Source of the DNA: a virus
Lineage: Duplodnaviria > Caudoviricetes
Direction: 5' to 3' (one strand)
DNA length: 29,026 nt
IMG/VR virus record: IMGVR_UViG_3300032013_000005
Span: 1 to 29,026 of that record
In this document: piece after piece, positions 23,230-29,026 of the stretch
Layout of the letters: each line of letters opens with the position of its first letter
How positions within the stretch are numbered: position 1 is the stretch's first letter
The notes under the pieces: model-generated
Told to the model about the DNA's origin: nothing
Seen by the model: the letters and a program-made list of their open reading frames with translations, nothing else
The model's database searches: none
Program-made: the position numbers and the translations under genes

Positions 23230-24696
23230 TCAGCAATACATCAGTCCATCCTTCGCCCTGGTCACCGCCACATACAAAACATTCTTCTCCTGCTCCCTCT
23301 GCCAATGCGTCCGTGTTCGTTGCATCGCCTGCCCATGCAAGTGATGATCCAACATGTAGCACTGCTGTGCTTCAAGTCCCTTCGCCTTATGAACCGTTGA
23401 CAGCACCACGCCTCTACCCTGAGCGAACAGCTCGCTAATCTGCTCAGTAAGTACACTTGGGTGATCATCAAGTGTCACTTGCTGTGCCAGTGCAAGCAGC
23501 GAGTCTCGCTTGTCAATGATACGTTCTCGTTGTGTATCATCTTCAGCAACCAGAGCCTTACTCAACTCTAGCTCACTCCACTCTGCCAGGCATCCGAGCA
23601 GTTCGCGTATGCTGCTCACCGGAAATTTCTGCACCAGCTTCGTCAACCCTTCGCCAATACTGCGACCTCGCACATGACACGCTATGCCAGCCTTCAGCAG
23701 TGCATACGCATACCTGATCAGCGGCGCATTGTTCCTGCACAGCACCATACCCATAGATGGCGCCGTAATGCCCCTCAGTTCGCCCAGGATCGCCTCTGAG
23801 TCAGGCTCGCCATACCGTACCAGTCCATCGCCTGCATGGTCCCACGCCTCAATACACGGCCACACAGCCCTCGCCTCATCTACGATAGCTTTCCCACATC
23901 GATAGCTGATGCTCAGCGGTAACTCGACGCATTGAAATTGCTCAGTCAGATAATCCATCGAGTCGAGCATAGCGCCTCTGAAGCCATAAATGCTCTGATG
24001 ACGATCACCGACAAGAGCATACTTCTTTCCCTGGAGTTGAGCAATCAGTCTCGCCTGCATGCTATTGAAATCTTGCACCTCATCACACAAGATATGGTCA
24101 TACTGCGGCATGGAACACTGATATAGTGCTGGTAGACGTATCATATCGCTAAAGTCTATCGTACCAACACGCTCATCATTCTCTTCAAGGACGGTACTGA
24201 TATCCTCCTGCATACCCTCATAGTCTTCTAAGTCATATGTATTGACCATCTCCCGGTACGTCTGATCATCACACACCGTATCCTCACAACTGAACTTTGC
24301 CACGTCTACCGCTCTCTTCACCATCCACTCCAGGTCTGAGAGCTTGGTTTTCGGGGGAAGAACGAGCGTCTTCAAGCGTGGTGTCACGTATTGCCGTACC
24401 AGCTTGATCACCTTCTTCTCGTCAATCTCTGGTCTTCCATAGGTTGCACTGATAGCCCGTAGCCCTAAGCTGTGTGTGGTAAGCACTGCTGAGTCAGCTT
24501 TCGGTGGGAGTTTCTGCTGTGCCTCAACTTGGTTTTGCTTATTGAACACGACATACACTGTTGACTTCGTGTCCAAGCCCCACAAGTGCGCTATGTTCGT
24601 AGTCTTTCCTGCCCCTGGACATGCTTGCACCACAATATTGCTCGCACTGCTCCCCCACATATCGAATATCGCTTCAGAATAATGCGACCATTGCAT
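23230..24696 (-). CDS. UvrD/Rep-family SF1 DNA helicase, 488 aa
   Basis: Motifs 'ACPGAGKT', 'DEVQD', 'VGDRHQSIYGFRGA', 'LSISYRC', 'STVHKAKGLE' and 'YVAVTRAK'. Confidence 0.96.
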   Translation of the reverse strand: MQWSHYSEAIFDMWGSSASNIVVQACPGAGKTTNIAHLWGLDTKSTVYVVFNKQNQVEAQQKLPPKADSAVLTTHSLGLRAISATYGRPEIDEKKVIKLVRQYVTPRLKTLVLPPKTKLSDLEWMVKRAVDVAKFSCEDTVCDDQTYREMVNTYDLEDYEGMQEDISTVLEENDERVGTIDFSDMIRLPALYQCSMPQYDHILCDEVQDFNSMQARLIAQLQGKKYALVGDRHQSIYGFRGAMLDSMDYLTEQFQCVELPLSISYRCGKAIVDEARAVWPCIEAWDHAGDGLVRYGEPDSEAILGELRGITAPSMGMVLCRNNAPLIRYAYALLKAGIACHVRGRSIGEGLTKLVQKFPVSSIRELLGCLAEWSELELSKALVAEDDTQRERIIDKRDSLLALAQQVTLDDHPSVLTEQISELFAQGRGVVLSTVHKAKGLEAQQCYMLDHHLHGQAMQRTRTHWQREQEKNVLYVAVTRAKDGLMYC

Positions 24697-24699
24697 AGT

Positions 24700-24969
24700 C
24701 TACTCCCAGCCTTGCAGGACAATGCTGTACCCTTTGGGCTCAACAATGTGCGTGTTCACATCACACAAGGCCAATTCTATCGCTTGCCGAGCATACCCTT
24801 CCCGCTCAACTAGCATCATATCCTCATAGTCAGCCCACGCTTCGATGCCATCACACTGCACCAGTGAACTAATCGTTACATGGGGAAAAACAAACCACAC
24901 CATATACCATCCTACACACGTTGGAACTTCGTGCGCTTTAATCACCGCTGGCGTTATTGGTGTATGCAT
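24700..24969 (-). CDS. Hypothetical protein, 89 aa
   Basis: AGGAG RBS; packed between the ATPase and helicase genes. Confidence 0.7.
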   Translation of the reverse strand: MHTPITPAVIKAHEVPTCVGWYMVWFVFPHVTISSLVQCDGIEAWADYEDMMLVEREGYARQAIELALCDVNTHIVEPKGYSIVLQGWE

Positions 24970-24977
24970 GCGTTCTC

Positions 24978-25703
24978 CTAGAATCTATCAAGAAAGGGAT
25001 CGCTGTCTGCTTGACTCTCCGTGTGCTTCGCAAACCATAGCCCATGCTCATCTTTATCCAGCATAATCGCTTTATTCTGGATGACCTCACTATCGCCTAA
25101 TATGCGTCCTTTCTCAATATTTAACCGTGTTTTGAGCAGACGCCACTCTTGCGAACAGTTACCACCAAGACTATGGTGACCCGCAGCCCGGTTCGCATCA
25201 TGCGGTGGATGATGGATAAGCATCCAAGGTGTTACACCCACCAATGCCTTAATGATATTGACTGGCATCAGAATAGCCTCTGTATTAATAGGCCAAGCAG
25301 TCAAATTGTACAGTGAGTCAAACACCAGAAAACCGGGCTGTAGCTCTGCAATGTACCTCTGAAGCCGTGCACAATACTCGGGATTACCAAGTGCTCTTTC
25401 CGCCACATCCACCACAGTAAAGCCTGCACTCTTTGGTGCAATCCGTTTGAGCATTTGACGCCACTCCACAGCTAAGCTGTCCGCTTGCACATACATAATA
25501 TTCTTCTGCTTCACTCGCCTTCCCAAGAAATCAGTCCCATCTTGCAATGCGGTACACATTTGCATGGCGAACGTGGTTTTCCCTATCCCTCGCAGCCCAT
25601 AGAAGAGTGTCCAACCAACACTAGGCAACAACCCTTCAATAAGCCACTCGAAGTCGTCTGGCTCCTCAACGAATTTATTAATACGAATCGCTCGCAACAG
25701 CAT
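24978..25703 (-). CDS. RecA-fold AAA_25 / RepA-like (SF4-related) ATPase-helicase, ~241 aa
   Basis: 'EWLIEGLLP', Walker A 'GLRGIGKT', Walker B 'LVFDSL' and 'LIHH'; start moved to ATG 25703 (AGGAGG). Confidence 0.85.
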   Translation of the reverse strand: MLLRAIRINKFVEEPDDFEWLIEGLLPSVGWTLFYGLRGIGKTTFAMQMCTALQDGTDFLGRRVKQKNIMYVQADSLAVEWRQMLKRIAPKSAGFTVVDVAERALGNPEYCARLQRYIAELQPGFLVFDSLYNLTAWPINTEAILMPVNIIKALVGVTPWMLIHHPPHDANRAAGHHSLGGNCSQEWRLLKTRLNIEKGRILGDSEVIQNKAIMLDKDEHGLWFAKHTESQADSDPFLDRF

Positions 25704-25965
25704 GCTCCTCCTTGAACTGTTCCACCCATGCAATGCGCACTTGACCAGAGCGGTAGCATAGCTTGTATGTGCCGTCAATCACATGCGCAGCAAGTCTACA
25801 ATCAAAGCACACTTTGCACGCATAGAATAGGCTATGATACCGTGCACTATGGTAATACCCAACGCCCACAATGCAATTATCAGCAATCAGCTTGGTACGA
25901 CAACTAGGGCACGTCTTGCGATCCCTCAAGCTAACCTGAGCAACCCAGATATTCATCGCTCGCAT
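25678..25965 (-). CDS. Zinc-finger protein (CxxC...CxxC), ~95 aa
   Basis: CPSC ... CKVC; GGGGAG RBS. Confidence 0.7.
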   Translation of the reverse strand: MRAMNIWVAQVSLRDRKTCPSCRTKLIADNCIVGVGYYHSARYHSLFYACKVCFDCRLAAHVIDGTYKLCYRSGQVRIAWVEQFKEEHAVASDSY

Positions 25966-25969
25966 GCAT

Positions 25970-26104
25970 CTACTCCCCTGCTAACCACGCTGCAATCAAG
26001 GCCACTATCGCAACAGGCACAATGATACCCAAAGCCGACCACACCCATGCAAACACCGTTGGCACAAAGAGTGCCAAGCCTATCAGAAACAGTATGAAGA
26101 ACAT
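25970..26104 (-). CDS. 44-aa two-TM membrane protein (not in the ORF track)
   Basis: TAATG coupling; MFFILFLIGLALFVPTVFAWVWSALGIIVPVAIVALIAAWLAGE*. Confidence 0.7.
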   Translation of the reverse strand: MFFILFLIGLALFVPTVFAWVWSALGIIVPVAIVALIAAWLAGE

Positions 26105-26319
26105 TACTGTACTTCCTTTGCATGGCACGGACAATTGGTATGATACACCACATCCTTGAAGACTTTCCGGTCAAACGACTCATTGTTATCAGCAAACATA
26201 CTCGCAACAGCGTCTACCATATCATCGAACACGTGCTTTGCTGTCTTATACTTCCACTCTCTATCATTGAGCAGTGCTGCAAAATCCCGAGCAATCCGTA
26301 CATAGTGCTTCTTACTCAT
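26104..26319 (-). CDS. Small early phage protein, 71 aa
   Basis: GGAGG RBS before MSKKHYVRIA; the 'FADNNESFDRKVF' pattern is typical of small phage early proteins. Confidence 0.75.
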   Translation of the reverse strand: MSKKHYVRIARDFAALLNDREWKYKTAKHVFDDMVDAVASMFADNNESFDRKVFKDVVYHTNCPCHAKEVQ

Positions 26320-26338
26320 AATCTCACCTCCAGTATTC

Positions 26339-26382
26339 CATGCGTGAAGAGGGATAGCAGTGCTGCTATCCCTCATGCGTGA
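26339..26382. repeat. 26-bp palindrome flanked by 9-bp direct repeats
   Basis: CATGCGTGA-a-GAGGGATAGCAG-tg-CTGCTATCCCTC-ATGCGTGA. Confidence 0.8.
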
Positions 26383-26391
26383 TCTACTCTG

Positions 26392-26856
26392 TTACAGCGC
26401 TGCACCATTCCTTACATAGCGGGCAATCAAGCTCTCCCGTTCATCAGGCAGGATAAAGTCATCGACAGCCTCACCTAACTGCAACCGTGTGAATTCTCGT
26501 AACATCTTATCCGGCATCATCGCCAACATATCCATCTGCGCTTTATCCTTGGGACTTGTCCTCGTCTTAGGAGTCACATCTGTTGCCCTTTGATACGTTT
26601 CCAGCAACTTCACATACAGTTCTGCAAGATACGCCCTTTCTACGTCAATCTGTTCCAACACTTTGCTATAGGTTGCAGCAGGTTTCTTATCCTGACTTAT
26701 CCTCTCTGAGATATGCTGCGCCATAGCCGCGACGTGTTGCGTAGTGAATTCATGCAAACCTGTAGTTGGAATACGTACATCTATCCTCATATCATCACCA
26801 ACTACAGTAACAGCATTGAGCAGCGTCACCACACTTGATCCTGATTTCAGCAACAT
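26392..26856 (-). CDS. Hypothetical protein, ~154 aa
   Basis: Start moved to MLLKSGSS (GGAGAG upstream). Confidence 0.7.
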   Translation of the reverse strand: MLLKSGSSVVTLLNAVTVVGDDMRIDVRIPTTGLHEFTTQHVAAMAQHISERISQDKKPAATYSKVLEQIDVERAYLAELYVKLLETYQRATDVTPKTRTSPKDKAQMDMLAMMPDKMLREFTRLQLGEAVDDFILPDERESLIARYVRNGAAL

Positions 26857-26858
26857 AG

Positions 26859-27008
26859 CTATGCTCTCCCTAAGAACGCTGAGATAAGTGTTGCAACAAA
26901 CACGATCACCACGATAAACACCACAATGGCGCCTATCCCACATAATACTTCTGCGACATCCGGCATCATGAACAGCAATACAATAGCCAAGAACACCAAC
27001 AACAGCAC
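26859..27008 (-). CDS. 49-aa two-TM membrane protein (not in the ORF track)
   Basis: AAGGAG RBS plus GTG; MLLLVFLAIVLLFMMPDVAEVLCGIGAIVVFIVVIVFVATLISAFLGRA*. Confidence 0.7.
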   Translation of the reverse strand: MLLLVFLAIVLLFMMPDVAEVLCGIGAIVVFIVVIVFVATLISAFLGRA

Positions 27009-27020
27009 AGCGCATTCTCC

Positions 27021-27317
27021 TTAGAAGTAGCCTAGCTCTTCGCTACTGTATGCCGATAGATCACTGGTATACTCACTTCTGAAGAACTCACCATCAGCAG
27101 GATCAGCAGGCAATCTTTCCGAGGTAACACTATTACTCGATATAAACAGTGTCGGTATGCGCCGTACCGTTATGCCACCATCCCGTTTACGGTGATAGAG
27201 AACCTCCCGTACATACGCATAACCACGTACTGGCCACTTCCCCCCTTGCGCTATAATGAAATCCTCAATATCCTGCGCACTATACAAGTACACACCTTTT
27301 GTGCCATGCTTGCTCAT
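27021..27317 (-). CDS. Hypothetical protein, 98 aa
   Basis: GAGGG RBS; operon packing. Confidence 0.7.
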   Translation of the reverse strand: MSKHGTKGVYLYSAQDIEDFIIAQGGKWPVRGYAYVREVLYHRKRDGGITVRRIPTLFISSNSVTSERLPADPADGEFFRSEYTSDLSAYSSEELGYF

Positions 27318-27320
27318 ATG

Positions 27321-27635
27321 CTAGTCCCTCTCCATTTCTTCCAGGATCATCACAGCCAAACGATGTTTACATAACCCAGCTCTGGCTTCAGGATAATCTG
27401 GACACGTGCATGTGCTATGCGTAACCTCATAACTTTTCGACGTGTCCTCTAGCAGTGTTGTACTCGCCTTGCTAATCGTGTAGAGCTTAGCACCATCCAC
27501 ATCTATCCCAACACAGATAATATCGTAGCCATAACTCAGTACATCATTTTTCGCCCTATCGAGTCGCTTCAATAGCTTCTCATCAAGCGGTAACTGCTGG
27601 GAAATACTGACGTATGCCTGATCCTTTGTTTTCAT
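27321..27635 (-). CDS. SWIM zinc-finger protein, 104 aa
   Basis: 'YEV....CTCPDY......CKHRLAV' matches CxC-xn-CxH; GGAG RBS. Confidence 0.88.
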   Translation of the reverse strand: MKTKDQAYVSISQQLPLDEKLLKRLDRAKNDVLSYGYDIICVGIDVDGAKLYTISKASTTLLEDTSKSYEVTHSTCTCPDYPEARAGLCKHRLAVMILEEMERD

Positions 27636-27673
27636 AGCGTGATCTCCAGTGTGGCTAATGCCACCTCAGACAG

Positions 27674-27967
27674 TTACTCTGCTATCCTCACTTGCTTTTG
27701 CTGATCAGTGAGCTGCTTTTCCTCCCAACGTACCACATACCGCTTGTACAGCTCAGTGACACTCGTTGAAGCAATCACACTACCAGACTCATTGAGCAAT
27801 TCACGCCGTACATTGCCATGCTCACCCAACACATACCGCCTATACTTCTCACCCGATACCGTGACAGCAAACCGTCTGTACTTCTCAGACTTGATAGGCA
27901 GCTCTTTATAGCCGCATGCAACCATGTACGCCAAAATACGGTCATGCCAATTCAATCTTTTCGCCAT
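27674..27967 (-). CDS. Hypothetical protein, 97 aa
   Basis: GGAGG RBS; TAATG coupling. Confidence 0.75.
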   Translation of the reverse strand: MAKRLNWHDRILAYMVACGYKELPIKSEKYRRFAVTVSGEKYRRYVLGEHGNVRRELLNESGSVIASTSVTELYKRYVVRWEEKQLTDQQKQVRIAE

Positions 27968-28161
27968 TAATACAACCCTCCATCGACAGCAATTTGCTCA
28001 TCGAACCGAGCAGCAAGGTATTCTATTACAGCGTTGACACAACCATCACAATACTTATCGCCCACAGCAATCTGCACCACTCCGCAACTTTCACAGTACT
28101 CTACCATCTCAACAGCAGATACCGTCAACAGCGCTAAATCTCCAATGGTCCACTTACCCAT
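27967..28161 (-). CDS. Small zinc-ribbon protein, ~64 aa
   Basis: CESC...CDGC; start uncertain (GGAG before ATG 28161). Confidence 0.55.
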   Translation of the reverse strand: MGKWTIGDLALLTVSAVEMVEYCESCGVVQIAVGDKYCDGCVNAVIEYLAARFDEQIAVDGGLY

Positions 28162-28216
28162 GATCTCATCTCCATATACTCTAAATGCGTGCACAGCTTG
28201 CACGAAGCATCAACAC

Positions 28217-28453
28217 CTAATCACCATACGCTTCATTGAAACGGTCATAATTCAACGTTACAGTAGACCCGTACTCATTGACTACCACAGTAGCTAACCA
28301 CATCTCCGGCAAGTTACGGCGGACACACGGTGCACACTTGTACTCTGTTATCGTACCCGTAAAGTGTCCGTGCACTGCACCATCGTACCCTGACACCACC
28401 ATACCCACAGACAACCTATTCCTATTTGCCAACTGATCCTTAGCGTTTGTCAT
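28217..28453 (-). CDS. Small hypothetical (SH3-like beta) protein, ~78 aa
   Basis: GGGAG 8 nt before ATG 28453; 'LSVGMVVS..FTGTITE' pattern. Confidence 0.55.
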   Translation of the reverse strand: MTNAKDQLANRNRLSVGMVVSGYDGAVHGHFTGTITEYKCAPCVRRNLPEMWLATVVVNEYGSTVTLNYDRFNEAYGD

Positions 28454-28808
28454 AACCATATCTCCCATTGTCATCATATATATATACGTTATACCCATTA
28501 TAAGTCTGCTCACACTGTCTAAGGTTGCAAGCGATACGTCGTATGGAAAGGATATTTTGAGCACAGCATTATGCTTGCGATCCCATGACCATATGCTCTC
28601 ATCCACACATCACACTAGCGCATCCTACAAAACACCCTAGCCTACACAGCGGCTTTACGCTATGACTACTCTAGGTTGACTGTCGGTTTTCTTCTCATAT
28701 GGCTACTGGTATCTAACGGTACGTGTGTACCTCCCAGATTACCCTAAGAGCCAAGCGCCTAGCCAACTCATTTCGTATTTGTCAATCAGCATGAACTAAC
28801 TAAGGATA

Positions 28809-28837
28809 AAGATAGCGCATGCTCACCAATGTGTCAA
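28809..28837 (-). promoter_or_regulatory. Sigma70-type early promoter
   Basis: TTGACA(28837-28832)-N17-TATCTT(28814-28809), pointing into the early gene block. Confidence 0.7.
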
Positions 28838-29026
28838 GGGATAATCGTTAAATTCTTCAAAATCATATTTCCTCACCAACTCAGGGTAAGTCCACTTCTC
28901 GACTAGCACTGTGGCATCACTCTTGCAATATACACCTTAGAGTGCAACGCGGCTTACGCCACTAAAACCGCACCAGCCTATACCTGTACGTACACATCAG
29001 CAGTGCTCACACGTACATACGTACAC

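Larger units (their letters stand above)
1..29026. mobile_element. Segment of a dsDNA tailed-phage-type (Caudoviricetes) genome
   Basis: TerL-portal-scaffold-MCP cluster, fibre-like genes, HNH, helicases and dense small early ORFs fill the whole window. No host housekeeping genes or att/integrase are seen, so free phage versus prophage cannot be decided. Confidence 0.96.

Noticed and set aside
25953-26207. 84-aa Cys-rich ORF, and the 5' extensions of ORFs 26392-27015 and 24978-25778
   Set aside because: Alternative frames or downstream starts with proper RBS or stop-start coupling explain the DNA better
1-29026. Alternative genetic code, introns or inteins
   Set aside because: Core genes are full length under code 11, use all three stops, and show no intein or intron signatures

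Overview
A 29-kb segment of an uncharacterised Caudoviricetes (HK97-fold, podovirus-like gene order) genome. No host genes, integrase, endolysin, rRNA/tRNA or CRISPR array are recognisable. It has three blocks. (1) A leftward block (10.8 kb to 1): RepL-like HTH protein, small ORFs, terminase large subunit, portal, scaffold, N4-gp56-type major capsid protein, a GNAT-like assembly protein and a truncated Q/G/A-rich ejection-type protein with 11-aa repeats. (2) A rightward operon (11.4-22.2 kb) ending in seven consecutive genes for tail-fibre/tailspike-like or membrane proteins (beta-helix, PL1 pectate lyase, LamG). All seven carry signal peptides or TM anchors, and most have paired cysteines. 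(3) A leftward early/replication block (28.8 to 22.2 kb): small ORFs, SWIM finger, RecA/RepA-type ATPase, UvrD-type helicase, iteron-like repeats and an HNH endonuclease. The most unusual signals are (a) two homologous ~120-nt rod hairpins on opposite strands that fold into TTGACA/TAGCAT promoter mimics with compensatory stem changes (ssoA/Frpo-like), (b) strong enrichment of GC-GDA-GC triloop mini-hairpins and GCGGCTnnAGCCGC palindromes, and (c) the apparently exported fibre module. All functional calls come from manual motif recognition, and all counts are manual. No database searches were run.
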